NCBI GenBank assembly: GCA_963761055.1
Contig: CAVXFO010000008.1
Coordinates: forward strand, 68,754 to 132,753
Source: an uncultured Actinomycetes bacterium
GTDB lineage: Bacteria > Actinomycetota > Acidimicrobiia > IMCC26256 > PALSA-610
Direction: 5' to 3'
Length of the DNA stretch: 64,000 nucleotides
Made by a program: the position numbers and the translations under genes. The notes under the pieces were generated by a model. That model was not told the origin of the DNA and ran no database searches. It saw only the letters and a list, made by a program, of their open reading frames with translations. Shown here in pieces: positions 18,690-29,242 of this stretch. Every line of letters starts with the position of its first letter. Positions within the stretch are counted from its first letter, which is position 1.

Positions 18690-20894
18690 TTAGGCCTTGT
18701 TGCCGGGAAGTACGTGCGCGGCCTCATAGACCGAATCGACCCGTTTGACCGCGGCCAGGATCGAGTCGAGATGTCCGGGATCGGCCAACTCGAACTCGAA
18801 CCGCAGTCGGGCGATCCGGTCGGTCGCGGTCTGCGACGTGCACGAGATGATGTTCACGTGGTGCTCCGACAGCGTGTCGGCGATGTCGCGGAACAGCTTG
18901 GAACGGTCGAGCGCCTCGACCTCCACGGAGACCGTGTAGTTGCCGGGCGCGTCGTTGTCCCACTCGACTTCGATCACGCGGTCGGCCTGGCTCAGCAAGC
19001 TCACCGCGTTGGCGCAGTCGGTTCGGTGCACCGACACGCCGCGCCCGCGGGTCACGAAACCCATGATCTCGTCGCCGGGCACCGGTGTGCAGCAACGCGA
19101 CAACCGGACCATGACGTCGTCGAGACCCTCGACGTGGACTCCGGCACCGGTGCGGCGATGCCCGCGCGCCCGGGGCGGGCGAGCGACAGTGGTGGGCAGC
19201 TGTTCCTCGCCACCGCGCAGCTCACGCTGGATGCGCTGGACGACGGCCTTGGCCGAGACGTGACCCTCACCGATCCCGACGTAGAGGCCTTCCAGGTCGA
19301 AGTAGTGGAGCTGCTCGGCGACGGCCTCGAGGATCGGGGAACCAAAGAGCTTCTGGGCGGGCAGTGCTTCGCGCCGCATCGCCTTGGCCAGGTCGTCGCG
19401 ACCCTGGTCGATCGCGTCGACGCGCCGCTCCCGGGAGAACCACTGCCGGATCTTGGAGCTCGCGCGCGGCGTCTGGACGAACTGGGTCCAGTCGCGGCTC
19501 GGGCCCGCGCCTTCGACCTTGCTGGTGAAGATCTCGCACGTATCGCCCGACTGCAACGCGGAGTCGAGGGGGACGAGCCGCGCGTTCACGCGGGCGCCGA
19601 TGCAACGGTGGCCGACCTCGGTGTGGATCGCGTACGCGAAGTCGACGGGAGTCGCACCCGTGGGCAGAGTGATCACCCGGCCCTTGGGCGTGAAGACGAA
19701 GACCTCGTCCTGTTCGAGATCGATCTTCAGGCTCTGCATGAACTCGGTCGGGTCGGTCGTCTCCTTTTGCCAGTCGACGATCCGCTGCAACCACACGAGG
19801 TCTTCGGCGGGGTTGCGCTGTTCCTTGTATCCCCAGTGCGCCGCGACCCCGTACTCGGAGCGGCGGTGCATCTCGGCGGTGCGGATCTGGAACTCGACCG
19901 CCCGACCCAGCGGGCCCACCACCGTCGTGTGCAACGACTGGTAGAGGTTGAACTTGGGCATGGCGATGTAGTCCTTGAACCGACCCTGCACCGGGCGCCA
20001 CAGCGCGTGGATCGAGCCGAGCGCGCCGTAACAGTCCTTCACGGACTCGACGATCACGCGGACACCGACGAGGTCGTTGATCTCGGCGAACTCCTTGCCT
20101 CGCACGACCATCTTCTCGTAGATCGACCAGTAATGCTTCGGCCGCCCCGTCACGTCGGCGTTGATGTGGAGCTGCTCGAGCCGGCTGCGCACCGCGCCCA
20201 CGACCTCCTCGAGGTACCGCTCGCGCTCCCCCGCGTGCTGGAGGACCATCGCCTCGATCTCGGCGTAGCGCTTCGGGTGCAGCACCGCGAACGCGAGGTC
20301 TTCGAGTTGCCATTTGACGTCCTGGACGCCCAGCCGGTGCGCGAGCGGCGCGTAGATGTCGAGCGTCTCTTGGGCGATGCGCTTCTGCTTCGCCTCCGGG
20401 AGCGAGGCGATCGTACGCATGTTGTGCAGCCGGTCGGCGAGCTTGATGAGCAGAACGCGCACGTCCTTCGCCATCGCGACGAGCATCTTGCGCATCGTCG
20501 CGGCCTGCTGCGCTTCGCGTGAGTCGAACTCGAGCCGGTCGAGTTTGGTGACGCCGTCGACGATGGCCGCGACATCTTGACCGAACCGCGCCTGGAGGTC
20601 GTCGAGCGTGACCGAGGTGTCTTCGACCGCGTCGTGCAGGAGCGCGCCCGCGAGCGTGATGTCGTCGAGACCGAGATCGGAGAGGATCATTGCGACGCCC
20701 AGCGGATGGGCGATGTACGGGTCGCCGGACCGGCGGACCTGGTCGTGGTGCGCATCCCGCGCGACCTCGTAGGCGTCCTCGATGAGGCCGGTCTCGCGCT
20801 TGCCGTCACCACTGCGAACCGATTCGAGCAACGGCCGCAACGCGCTGTCGACGTGGGGGCGTCCGGAATGCCGGCGGGGCGGAGCACTCGTCAT
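18690..20894 (-). CDS. relA: Bifunctional (p)ppGpp synthetase/hydrolase (RelA/SpoT homologue)
   Basis: Intact 734-aa ORF with the HD domain (HPLGVAMIL...LLHDAVEDT), the RelA_SpoT synthetase region (YRSLHTTV-like YQSLHTTVVGP), and TGS and ACT regions. Confidence 0.93.
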   Translation of the reverse strand: MTSAPPRRHSGRPHVDSALRPLLESVRSGDGKRETGLIEDAYEVARDAHHDQVRRSGDPYIAHPLGVAMILSDLGLDDITLAGALLHDAVEDTSVTLDDLQARFGQDVAAIVDGVTKLDRLEFDSREAQQAATMRKMLVAMAKDVRVLLIKLADRLHNMRTIASLPEAKQKRIAQETLDIYAPLAHRLGVQDVKWQLEDLAFAVLHPKRYAEIEAMVLQHAGERERYLEEVVGAVRSRLEQLHINADVTGRPKHYWSIYEKMVVRGKEFAEINDLVGVRVIVESVKDCYGALGSIHALWRPVQGRFKDYIAMPKFNLYQSLHTTVVGPLGRAVEFQIRTAEMHRRSEYGVAAHWGYKEQRNPAEDLVWLQRIVDWQKETTDPTEFMQSLKIDLEQDEVFVFTPKGRVITLPTGATPVDFAYAIHTEVGHRCIGARVNARLVPLDSALQSGDTCEIFTSKVEGAGPSRDWTQFVQTPRASSKIRQWFSRERRVDAIDQGRDDLAKAMRREALPAQKLFGSPILEAVAEQLHYFDLEGLYVGIGEGHVSAKAVVQRIQRELRGGEEQLPTTVARPPRARGHRRTGAGVHVEGLDDVMVRLSRCCTPVPGDEIMGFVTRGRGVSVHRTDCANAVSLLSQADRVIEVEWDNDAPGNYTVSVEVEALDRSKLFRDIADTLSEHHVNIISCTSQTATDRIARLRFEFELADPGHLDSILAAVKRVDSVYEAAHVLPGNKA

Positions 20895-20950
20895 TCGTCG
20901 ACCCGGCTACTCATCGGTCACCCCGTGGCCCTTCGTACGGGACCGCACGG

Positions 20951-21475
20951 CTATTCATACGTGACCAGTGTGTGCATCTCGTACCCGTCGAGCCGCTCGC
21001 GACCGTGGAGGAACGCCAGCTCGAGCACGAACGCGAAGCCGACGACCGACCCGCCGAGTCGTTCGACCAGGCGCGCCGTCGCGGCCGCGGTGCCACCGGT
21101 CGCGATCACGTCGTCGACGATCAGGACCTGTTCGCCGGGCTCGATCGCATCGCGGTGGATCTCGAGCAGGTCGGTCCCGTACTCGAGGACGTACTCCTCG
21201 CGCTCGATCTCCCCGGGCAGCTTCCCCGGCTTGCGCACCGGCACGAATCCGGCGTGGAGCTCGTAGGTGACGGGCGCCGCGAACACGAACCCGCGGGCCT
21301 CGATCCCGATGACCTTGTCGACGCGGGTCGTCGCGTAGGGCTCGGAGAGGGCGTCCACGGTGGCCCGGAAGGCCTCGGGCGCGCCCAGGAGCGGGGTGAT
21401 GTCCTTGAAGACGATCCCGGGTTTCGGGTAGTCGACGATGTCGCGTATATGCGCCATCAACCACGCTGCATCCAT
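20951..21475 (-). CDS. apt: Adenine phosphoribosyltransferase
   Basis: 174 aa, with [16 protein letters not shown] and the PRPP motif [14 protein letters not shown]. Confidence 0.92.
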   Translation of the reverse strand: MDAAWLMAHIRDIVDYPKPGIVFKDITPLLGAPEAFRATVDALSEPYATTRVDKVIGIEARGFVFAAPVTYELHAGFVPVRKPGKLPGEIEREEYVLEYGTDLLEIHRDAIEPGEQVLIVDDVIATGGTAAATARLVERLGGSVVGFAFVLELAFLHGRERLDGYEMHTLVTYE

Positions 21476-21538
21476 CGCTACCAGCGTACCTACCTCCGCC
21501 GGCAGGCCTGGTCCGTTGGTACCCGGCGCGCCGGCGGA

Positions 21539-22975
21539 CTACTTCCGCTTGCGCCCGCGCGGTTGGCGCGGGCGGGCCTGGATCGTGGAGCGGGGAACGG
21601 CGGGCGGGCCCGGGATACCGAGCGGCTTGCGTCCCGGAGCTTGCTCGGTCGTGCCCGGCTGTTCGTCGACCCCGCCGACCGGGACCCCGACCGATGCCGA
21701 CGACGAGGCCGCGGCGACGGCCGCGCCCGGCGCCCGGCGGCGGCGCTCGGCCAGGGCCCGGTACTGGGGTTCGCGCTCCTTCCACCACGCGAGCAGCGGG
21801 GCGGCGACGAAGATCGACGAGTAGGAACCAATGAAGAGGCCGGCTGCGAGCGCGAGGGCAAAGTCCTCGAGCGCGGTGGCGCCGAGGATGCCGGCGCCGA
21901 CGACGAGCAACGACACGACCGGCAGTAGGGCGACGAGCGACGTCGACACCGACCGCATCAGCACCGCGTTGAGTGAACGGTTGACCATCTCCGAGTAGGT
22001 CGACCGACCGGTGCCAGTGAGCGTGCGTTGGAACTCGACGACCTTGTCGAACACGACGACGGTGTCGTACAGCGAGAAACCGAGAATTGTGAGGAAGGCC
22101 GTGACGGTCGCAGGCGAGACCGAGAAGTGGAACAGCGCGTAGACACCGACCGTGAAGATGATGTCGTGGATCACGGCGACGATCGCGGCGGCGGACATCT
22201 TCCATTCGAACCGCATCGCGAGATACGCGGCGAGGACGAAGAAGAAGATGATCAGTGCTTTGAGCGCCTTCTGACTCACCTCGTGGCCCCAGGTGGGGCC
22301 GACAGTGGTGATGCTCACGTCGGTGGTTGACCGCCCGGCGTACTTCGCGAGCCCGGCCGCCACGGTCTGCACCTGGCTCGCCGGCAGCTTGGTCACCGCG
22401 ACCGTCACCGCGTTGCCCTTGACCGTCACTTTCGGATTCTCGAGCCGGGTGACCTTGAGCGCGGCAGTCACCCCGGCGACGGTCGGCTTCACTCCCGCCT
22501 TCGCGGTGAACGTGAACGAGCCCGCGCTCTCGGTCGGCACCGTGACGTCGGCGTCGGTCACCTGCCCGTAGTCGGCCAGCGCGGACTGCACGATGTTGAT
22601 CGGATCCTTGATGACCCGGGCCTCGACCCGAATCGTGTCAGTGCCGCCGCCCGGCGGCGTGAGCACACTCACGCTGGCTTCGCCGAAGCCGAGCGTGCCG
22701 AGCAGGCTGCGCACGTCGGCGACCTTGGCGCTCGTTCCCGGCTTCATCGAGACCGACCAGGCGGTGCCGCCCTCGAAGTCGATGCCGAGGTTGAGGCCGC
22801 GCACGCCCAGCAACAACAGGCTGAGGACGACAAGCGTCGAGGAGAGGATCAGCCAGCGCCGGCTGTGCTTGATGAACTGGAAGTTGGTCCGCTCGTGGTA
22901 GAGGTCGGAGAGACGGTGGCGCCGGGTGACACCGGGAATGTCGTCGGCGGCGGGCGGCGGAGCGACGACCGTCAT
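21539..22975 (-). CDS. secF: Protein translocase subunit SecF
   Basis: From MTVVAPPP... within the 615-aa ORF. Motifs: NFQFIKHSRRWLILS, GIDFEGGT, and the C-terminal TM bundle (SLYDTVVVFDKV...). ATGA overlap with the secD stop. The Pro/Arg-rich tail is as given. Confidence 0.88.
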   Translation of the reverse strand: MTVVAPPPAADDIPGVTRRHRLSDLYHERTNFQFIKHSRRWLILSSTLVVLSLLLLGVRGLNLGIDFEGGTAWSVSMKPGTSAKVADVRSLLGTLGFGEASVSVLTPPGGGTDTIRVEARVIKDPINIVQSALADYGQVTDADVTVPTESAGSFTFTAKAGVKPTVAGVTAALKVTRLENPKVTVKGNAVTVAVTKLPASQVQTVAAGLAKYAGRSTTDVSITTVGPTWGHEVSQKALKALIIFFFVLAAYLAMRFEWKMSAAAIVAVIHDIIFTVGVYALFHFSVSPATVTAFLTILGFSLYDTVVVFDKVVEFQRTLTGTGRSTYSEMVNRSLNAVLMRSVSTSLVALLPVVSLLVVGAGILGATALEDFALALAAGLFIGSYSSIFVAAPLLAWWKEREPQYRALAERRRRAPGAAVAAASSSASVGVPVGGVDEQPGTTEQAPGRKPLGIPGPPAVPRSTIQARPRQPRGRKRK

Positions 22976-24606
22976 GCGCGCACCTCCGGTACGTCGAGGC
23001 CGGCACCGATGCCGACGCCCGCCATCTGTACGAGCACAGGGCGGCGCGCGAGCACCGACACGAACGGCCACATGAAGCAGTACGCCAAGATGAGGTCGAG
23101 CGCGGTCGACAGCCCGAGGAAGTACGCGAAGCCGCGCACCGACGATGTGGCGAACAGATAGAGCACGACCGCGCCGATCATCGACACGAGGTCGGCGGCG
23201 ATAATCGTGCGGAACGCCCGCCGAAAGCCCGAGTCGAGCGACGAACGCACTGTCTTCCCCGTGCGGACCTCGTCTTTCAGGCGCTCGAAATAGACGACAT
23301 AGCTGTCGACCGTGACACCCACCGACACGATGATGCCGGTCACCCCTGCGAGCGTGAGGGTCAGACCCTGATGCGCAGACAGCCACGACACGAGCGCGAA
23401 GAACGTCAGCGCGGTGAGCGCGATGCCCGTCCAGACCACGAGGCCGAGGATCCGATAGACGAAGATCATGTAGAGGGCCACGAGGACCAGGCCGATCAGG
23501 CCCGACACGATGCCGGCATTCAACTGGTCCTTCCCGAGCGTCGGCGACACCGACTGCGCGGTCTGCGACACCAGTTGCACCGGGAGCGAGCCGTACCGCA
23601 GCACCAGCGCGAGGTTGTGGGCCTGCTTGCTCGTGAACGACCCGCTGATCGTGATGTCCTGACCAGTGATACCGGGGTTGATGGTCGGCGCCGACTGCAC
23701 CACGCCGTCGAGCTCGATCGCCACCTGCTTACCGACGTACGGGGTGGCGACCTTGGTCACGAAGTCGTTGTTCTTGAAGTGAACATTGACCTCCCACTGT
23801 GCGTTCTGGGAATTGACGACTGCGGTGGCGGTCCCGACGTTGCGGCCGGTGAGGATCGTCGGATCGAGCAGGTAGCACGCGTTCTTCTGCAGGTCGGGCA
23901 GGATCACCTGCTTGTCGGCGGCGTCGACCTTCGACACCAACTTGCCGCCCTGGCAGGACGAGTCGGTCGCGGCCGGCACAGTCGTGGTGGTCGTCGCACC
24001 CTTGACCGTCGTTGCGCTCCCCTTGGCCGTGGTCGCGGTCGAGCTCGACGCGGGCGCGGACGACGTCGTGACCGCCTCGTGGCGCACCGCAGCGATCGGT
24101 GTGGTGTTGATGGTCTGCTCCGCCCCGGCCGCGTGACCGGTCGTGCTGGTCGCGGGCTTCGCCGTGGTCTTCGTCGCGCCCGCGGCAGTAGTCGTCGTCG
24201 CGCCCGCGGCAGTAGTCGTCGTCGCGCCCTTCACGGTCGTGGGCACGGCGACGCTCGAGTACGGGATACTCGTTTGCACGACGCGGAAGCGCAGCTCGGC
24301 CGTCTTGCCGACGAGCGCGTCGGCCTCGCTCGCGTTCTTCACACCGGGTAGGTCGACGACGATGTTGTTGCCCTGGCGACTCACGTTGGGCTCGGCGATA
24401 CCGAGACCGTCGACCCGGTTCCGGATGATCGACACCGCGGTGTCGAGCGTCGACAGGTCGGAGCCCTTCACCGGGGCGAGCACGATCGACGTCCCGCCCT
24501 GCAGGTCGAGACCCAGCACCGGTCGACTCGATCCGAACAGGGTCGCGAAGAAGCAGCCCAAGATGAACACAACGGTGACGATCAGCAGGATGACCTTGCG
24601 CCGCAC
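22972..24606 (-). CDS. secD: Protein translocase subunit SecD
   Basis: Intact 544 aa, with LGLDLQGGTSIVL, NRVDGLGIAEPNV, and the C-terminal TM bundle. It has a Thr/Ala-rich insert containing an in-frame 24-bp duplication. Confidence 0.9.
   Translation of the reverse strand: MRRKVILLIVTVVFILGCFFATLFGSSRPVLGLDLQGGTSIVLAPVKGSDLSTLDTAVSIIRNRVDGLGIAEPNVSRQGNNIVVDLPGVKNASEADALVGKTAELRFRVVQTSIPYSSVAVPTTVKGATTTTAAGATTTTAAGATKTTAKPATSTTGHAAGAEQTINTTPIAAVRHEAVTTSSAPASSSTATTAKGSATTVKGATTTTTVPAATDSSCQGGKLVSKVDAADKQVILPDLQKNACYLLDPTILTGRNVGTATAVVNSQNAQWEVNVHFKNNDFVTKVATPYVGKQVAIELDGVVQSAPTINPGITGQDITISGSFTSKQAHNLALVLRYGSLPVQLVSQTAQSVSPTLGKDQLNAGIVSGLIGLVLVALYMIFVYRILGLVVWTGIALTALTFFALVSWLSAHQGLTLTLAGVTGIIVSVGVTVDSYVVYFERLKDEVRTGKTVRSSLDSGFRRAFRTIIAADLVSMIGAVVLYLFATSSVRGFAYFLGLSTALDLILAYCFMWPFVSVLARRPVLVQMAGVGIGAGLDVPEVRA
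24171..24229. repeat. Exact 24-bp tandem duplication (about 2.4 copies) inside secD
   Basis: TCGTCGCGCCCGCGGCAGTAGTCG occurs at 24171-24194 and 24195-24218, with a partial third copy. It encodes GATTTTAA twice in frame. Confidence 0.9.
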
Positions 24607-24609
24607 GGG

Positions 24610-24912
24610 TCAGTCCGCCCCGGTCTCTCCGTCGTGGGGCTCGCCGCCGTGGGGCTGGGACTGCGGGTCGATGCGCTGGCCGATGGCCCCGCGGGCAACG
24701 TGGATCACCGTGCCCGGTGCGATCTCGAGATCGGCGTCCGCCTCGCCGAGGCGGGCGATCCGCCCGTAGATGCCACTCGTGGTCAGCACTTCGTCGCCTT
24801 CTTGGATCTGGGACTGCAACTGGCGTACGGCGGAGATCCGCCGCTGTTGCGGACGCCACAACAGGAGGTAGATGGCGCCCACCATGAGGACGGAGAAGAT
24901 CGCCACCTGCAC
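24610..24912 (-). CDS. yajC: Preprotein translocase subunit YajC
   Basis: 100 aa, with an N-terminal TM and the motif RPQQRR...LQxGDEVLTTSGIYGRI. Confidence 0.85.
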   Translation of the reverse strand: MQVAIFSVLMVGAIYLLLWRPQQRRISAVRQLQSQIQEGDEVLTTSGIYGRIARLGEADADLEIAPGTVIHVARGAIGQRIDPQSQPHGGEPHDGETGAD

Positions 24913-24975
24913 TGGGTTGCCCTTACGCCGGAGAAACGGTAAGCGAAGCTACCACCGCTGTTTGCGGACTCCTGG

Positions 24976-25690
24976 TCAAGCCGAGGGCACCTCGAACGCT
25001 CGGCCCCGGTCGGCGGCGACGGCCTCGGCCAGGCGCCCCAACCGCTCTCCGCGACACATCCGCACCTGGCCCCGGTACGCCTCGCCGCGCGAACGCAGCC
25101 CACCGCTGGGCCTCCGCCTCGGCCGCGGCCTCGAGCGCCTCGGGCGGCACCACCGAGTCGAGGAACCCGGCGTCGACTGCGCCTTCGGGGTCGTAGATAC
25201 GGGCTCCGACCGTGGCATCTTGCACGTGACGCTTCGAGAGCCGCTCCTGGGCGATCTCGACGGCCCAGCGCGGGAGCACCATCCCCAGCTGCGTCTCGAT
25301 AAGTCCGATCCGGAACTCGCCCCGGGCGCCGATCCACGCGTCGGCCCCGAGCAGCAGCAGCGCACCCGCGGCAATGGCGTGCCCGGTACACGCGACGACC
25401 ACAGGAATGTCCGCGCCGTACATCCGCGCGAAGAGCTCGCCCCCGTCGGTCACGAGCTTGCCCGCGGCCTCGGCCCCGCTCCGCATCACCTGCAGGTCGA
25501 AACCTCCCGACAGCATCCCGGGCGCGCCGGTGATCAGCATCGCGCCGACCTGGGCTTCGCCTGCATCTTCGGCGTGCGACAGCGAGTCACCCAGACCCGC
25601 GATCACCTCGGGGGAAAGGGCGTTGGCCTTGCCGTTCGCGATCGTGACGTGCGCGACGCGATCGCGGACTTCGTACTGCACGAGCTCCAC
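24976..25690 (-). CDS. Enoyl-CoA hydratase/isomerase (crotonase) family protein; apparent frameshift near 25100
   Basis: The GTG at 25690 is preceded by GGAGG. Motifs: VELVQYEVRDRVAHVTIANGKANAL..., ITGAPGMLSGGFDL, ACTGHAIAAGALLLL. After ...AEAQRW the plausible C-terminus (LRSRGEAYRGQVRMCRGERLGRLAEAVAADR...) is in ORF 24976..25374. The span is 3n+1. Confidence 0.7.
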
Positions 25691-25691
25691 T

Positions 25692-25700
25692 GGAACCTCC
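25692..25700 (-). promoter_or_regulatory. Shine-Dalgarno (GGAGG) for the crotonase gene
   Basis: The minus strand reads CCAGGAGGTTCCAGTG. GGAGG lies 5 nt upstream of the GTG at 25690. Confidence 0.6.
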
Positions 25701-25703
25701 TGG

Positions 25704-26759
25704 CTAGAACAGCTCGGGAGCCTCGCCGGGTGCACGCGGCACACGCAAACCCTCCCCGGAAGCGCCGGGGACGCGCAGGCCGACGTGGGCGAAACCCGCG
25801 GGCGTCGCGACCCGGCCGCGGGGCGTGCGCTCGATGAGTCCGCACAACAACAAGAACGGTTCGTAGACGTCCTCGACGGTCTCGGCCGCCTCGCTCACTG
25901 CGATCGCCAGTGTGCTCAGACCGACCGGTCGGCCCACGAAGGTCCGGCAGAGCGCGTCGAGGATGGCACGGTCGACCTTGTCGAGCCCGAGCTCGTCGAC
26001 CTCGAACAAGGCGAGCGCGTCGCGCGCGATGTCGACGGTGACGCGCCCGTCGGCCCGAACCTCGGTGTAGTCGCGCACCCGCTTGAGCAAACGGTTCGCG
26101 ATGCGCGGCGTTCCCCGGGAGCGACTTGCGATCTCGGAGGCCGCGTCGGGTTCGAGGTCGACGCCGAGGATCGCCGCCGCGCGCCGCAGGATCGCCGCAA
26201 GCTCGCCGGTCTCGTAGTAGTCGAGACGCGCGACGAACCCGAACCGGTCGCGCAGCGGCCCGGTGATGAGCCCGGTGCGCGTCGTAGCGCCGACCAGCGT
26301 GAAGCGGGGCAGATCGAGCCGGATGGTCTGCGCGCTCGGACCTTTCCCGATCACGACGTCGAAGCGGAAATCCTCCATCGCGGGATAGAGGCTCTCCTCG
26401 ACGACGCGCGGGAGCCGGTGCACCTCGTCGATGAACAGCACGTCGCCGTCGTCGAGGTTGGTGAGGATGGCGGCGAGGTCACCCGCCCGCTCGAGCGCGG
26501 GCCCACTCGTCGGTGTGATGCGCGCGCCCATCTCGGTCGCGATGATGCCGGCGAGACTGGTCTTGCCGAGCCCGGGCGGCCCGGCGAGCAGCACGTGGTC
26601 GACGGCCTGGCCCCGCCGTTTCGCGGCGGTGAGCATGATGTCGAGGTGCTCGCGCAGGCGGGGTTGCCCCACGAACTCGTCGAGGCGGCGCGGCCGCAGC
26701 GTGGTCTCGTCGGCGACCTCTTCGGGGTCGGCCTCCGGGCTCAACAGCTCGTCCCTCAT
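25704..26759 (-). CDS. ruvB: Holliday junction branch migration ATPase RuvB
   Basis: From MRDELLSPE... Motifs: [12 protein letters not shown], Walker [38 protein letters not shown]. Confidence 0.93.
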   Translation of the reverse strand: MRDELLSPEADPEEVADETTLRPRRLDEFVGQPRLREHLDIMLTAAKRRGQAVDHVLLAGPPGLGKTSLAGIIATEMGARITPTSGPALERAGDLAAILTNLDDGDVLFIDEVHRLPRVVEESLYPAMEDFRFDVVIGKGPSAQTIRLDLPRFTLVGATTRTGLITGPLRDRFGFVARLDYYETGELAAILRRAAAILGVDLEPDAASEIASRSRGTPRIANRLLKRVRDYTEVRADGRVTVDIARDALALFEVDELGLDKVDRAILDALCRTFVGRPVGLSTLAIAVSEAAETVEDVYEPFLLLCGLIERTPRGRVATPAGFAHVGLRVPGASGEGLRVPRAPGEAPELF

Positions 26760-26769
26760 GAAGACACGC

Positions 26770-27372
26770 TCACGACACTCGCGTGCCCGGACGGGCCAGG
26801 AGTTCGAGCGCGTCGCGCAGCAGCTCCTCCACCGTTCCATCGGCGCCGATCTGACCGAGCGACTCCCGCACCTCGTCGGGGCCGTAGCCGAGCCCCACGA
26901 GCGCGTCACGCACCTGGTTCCGAGCGCCGGCACCGTTGGTCCCGGACACAACGGTGAGATCGATTTCCGACGCGACGAGGCGCGATTTCAGGTCGACGAG
27001 GAGCCGCTGCGCGGTCCGCTTGCCGACTCCGGGCACGGCGACGAGCGCATCGAGGTCGTCTTCGGCCAGGCAGCGGCGCAGCGTCGACGGCGGGTGCACC
27101 GACAAGACGGCGAGCGCGAGCTTCGGCCCGACGCCGCTGGCGGTGATGAGGGTCTCGAAAGTGTCGCGCTCGTCGCGGGTGGTGAAGCCGTACAGGACGA
27201 GGGCGTCCTCGCGCACGTGTTGGTGCGTGAACAAGAACACCGACGCACCGGGTTCGAGCGCGGCAAACGCGTTGATCGGGACGAGGACCCGGTAGCCCAC
27301 TCCCGCAACCTCGATGAGCGCCTCACCGTTCATCGTGCGCTCGACGACCTCGCCCCGCAAAGAGCCGATCAT
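26770..27372 (-). CDS. ruvA: Holliday junction DNA-binding subunit RuvA
   Basis: [29 protein letters not shown]...YGF...[20 protein letters not shown]...[16 protein letters not shown] overlap with the ruvC stop. Confidence 0.9.
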   Translation of the reverse strand: MIGSLRGEVVERTMNGEALIEVAGVGYRVLVPINAFAALEPGASVFLFTHQHVREDALVLYGFTTRDERDTFETLITASGVGPKLALAVLSVHPPSTLRRCLAEDDLDALVAVPGVGKRTAQRLLVDLKSRLVASEIDLTVVSGTNGAGARNQVRDALVGLGYGPDEVRESLGQIGADGTVEELLRDALELLARPGTRVS

Positions 27373-27875
27373 GTCGGTACCCGATCGAGCATCCGGATCC
27401 GTCCGTGATGGCAGCATGCGAGCGCCAGCGCGTCGGCCGCGTCCGGAGGCTTCGGTATCTCCCGTAACGAGAGGAGGCGGGTCACCATCGTCTGCACCGC
27501 GAGCTTGTTGGCAGCACCGTCTCCGGTCACCGCGAGCTTCACCTCGTTCGGGCTGTACTGCACGACCGGGATACCCGCGCGGGCGGCGACGACGAGCGCG
27601 AGCCCGCTCGCCTGACCGACGGATATCGCCGTCTGCGCGTTGTTCTGGAACAGCACCCGCTCGACTGAGACGACGCTGGGCCGGATCTGCGCCACGAGGT
27701 CGGCCAACTCGTCGTTGAGCAACAGGAGCCGCTCGGGCAGTGGGTCGTTCGGCGAAGTGCGGATCACACCGCATGCCGTTGCCCGCAGCCGCCCGCGTTC
27801 GCGGACGACGGCGCCGTAGCCGCACCGCGAAACACCGGGGTCGATGCCGAGGACGGGCCCGGCCGGGTCGAACAC
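27369..27875 (-). CDS. ruvC: Crossover junction endodeoxyribonuclease RuvC
   Basis: 168 aa, with VLGIDPGVSRCGYG, ERVLFQNNAQTA, and DAADALALA. Confidence 0.9.
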   Translation of the reverse strand: MFDPAGPVLGIDPGVSRCGYGAVVRERGRLRATACGVIRTSPNDPLPERLLLLNDELADLVAQIRPSVVSVERVLFQNNAQTAISVGQASGLALVVAARAGIPVVQYSPNEVKLAVTGDGAANKLAVQTMVTRLLSLREIPKPPDAADALALACCHHGRIRMLDRVPT

Positions 27876-27947
27876 AGGTTCGATCCTACGGGGTCGCAGG
27901 TGTGGGCGCGAGGACCCCGAGCACCATCCCGCCGATCAGCCCCCAGA

Positions 27948-28620
27948 TCAAGCGCGGCGGATCAGGCGCCAGAGCACGAACAGTACGAGCACGCCGATGC
28001 CGATCGGCACCAGTCGCTTCGTTACCGGCGCGCCGGCCACCTCGAACAGGTCGACCGGCGCCACTTCCTTGGAGTCGATCTTGCGAGGGCCGGCCGACGC
28101 GGGCCCGGTGACCAGCGCTCGCGAGCGCCTGCTCGTACGCGCCACCTTCGTGCGAAGTGTCGCCGCCGCCCGCGGTGCTCAAGACGTCGCGCTCGACGTT
28201 CTCGACGAACTGGCCCATGAGCTTCGACGACACGTCGGCGAGCACACCTCGGCCGAACTCCGCGACCTTGCCGGTGATCGCGAGATCGGTCGCGACGTCG
28301 ACCTTCGTCCCGGCGCCCTCCGCGGTCATCGTGACCACGATCGTCGCCTTGGCGTTGCCCTGGCCACGCGTGTCGCGCCCGGACACGTCGATCACGATGC
28401 GGCGGTTCGTCTCGTCGACCTCGGCCAGCTTCGCGGTGCCCTTGTACTGCGCGGTGATGGGGCCGACCTTGACCTTGACGACGCCCCGGAACTCGTCGCC
28501 GTCGATCTCCTGCAACTGCGCGCCGGGCAGGCACGGCGCGATCCCTTCGATGTCGAGCATCACCTTCCAGGTGGCGTCGATCGGTGTGCTCACTTGGAAG
28601 CTGTCGTTGATCTCCATCAC
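27948..28620 (-). CDS. CoxG-like SRPBCC protein (carbon monoxide dehydrogenase subunit G family); apparent frameshift around 28100-28150
   Basis: N-terminus (ORF 27886..28620): MEINDSFQVSTPIDATWKVMLDIEGIAPCLPGAQL...VKVKVGPITAQYKGTAKL. The typical C-terminal tail with a TM segment (EVAPVDLFEVAGAPVTKRLVPIGIGVLVLFVLWRLI) is in ORF 27948..28145. The span is 3n+1. Confidence 0.7.
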
Positions 28621-29195
28621 TTCTCCGTCTCGGTGAGGCGTGACTCCAGGTCGGCGAGGTCGCCGGGGGTGTCGACATCAGCAGCCGAGCCCGCGTCATC
28701 GCACGGTACCACGACCGCCGGGTGCCGGCGGAAGAGCACCCGGGCACCCTCGTCGCCGGTGAGGGTCATCGCCTCGGCCCAGTACCGCCGGGCGATCAAC
28801 ACGGGGTTGCCCCGGACGCCGTGGTAGGTCGCGTACGCGAGGCCCGCGCCGAAACCGGACACGCCCGCGACCTTGCGGTAGGCGTTCGCGCCGACGAGGG
28901 GCTGGTCGGCGAGCCCGACAACGATCGCCGGAACGTCGGCGTCGGGCTCGAACCGGCGGAGGGCACACTGCAGGCTCGATGCGATCCCGAGCTCCGGCGC
29001 GTCGTTGAAGACGACCTCGACCTGCTCTCGCGCCGCGGCCGCGACTCGATCGTCGGAGACGACGAGCACGACCGGCGCGCACCCGCTTTCGCGAGCCGCG
29101 GCCACTGCGTATCCGAGCAGCGGGCGCCCGCGCAGGAGCGTCAACGACTTGGGAGTCTCGCCGCCGAAGCGAACGCCGCGACCCGCCGCGAGCAC
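28617..29195 (-). CDS. MobA/MocA-like nucleotidyltransferase (molybdenum cofactor cytidylyltransferase candidate)
   Basis: LAAGRGVRFGGETPKSLTLLRGRPLLGYAV is the NTP_transf_3-type N-terminus. Its position between the coxM-like and coxG-like genes is typical for MocA. Confidence 0.65.
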   Translation of the reverse strand: MLAAGRGVRFGGETPKSLTLLRGRPLLGYAVAAARESGCAPVVLVVSDDRVAAAAREQVEVVFNDAPELGIASSLQCALRRFEPDADVPAIVVGLADQPLVGANAYRKVAGVSGFGAGLAYATYHGVRGNPVLIARRYWAEAMTLTGDEGARVLFRRHPAVVVPCDDAGSAADVDTPGDLADLESRLTETEK

Positions 29196-29242
29196 GACCG
29201 CCGGGATGACGTTTGGGGGGATGGGGTCGGAGTCGGTTGTGC

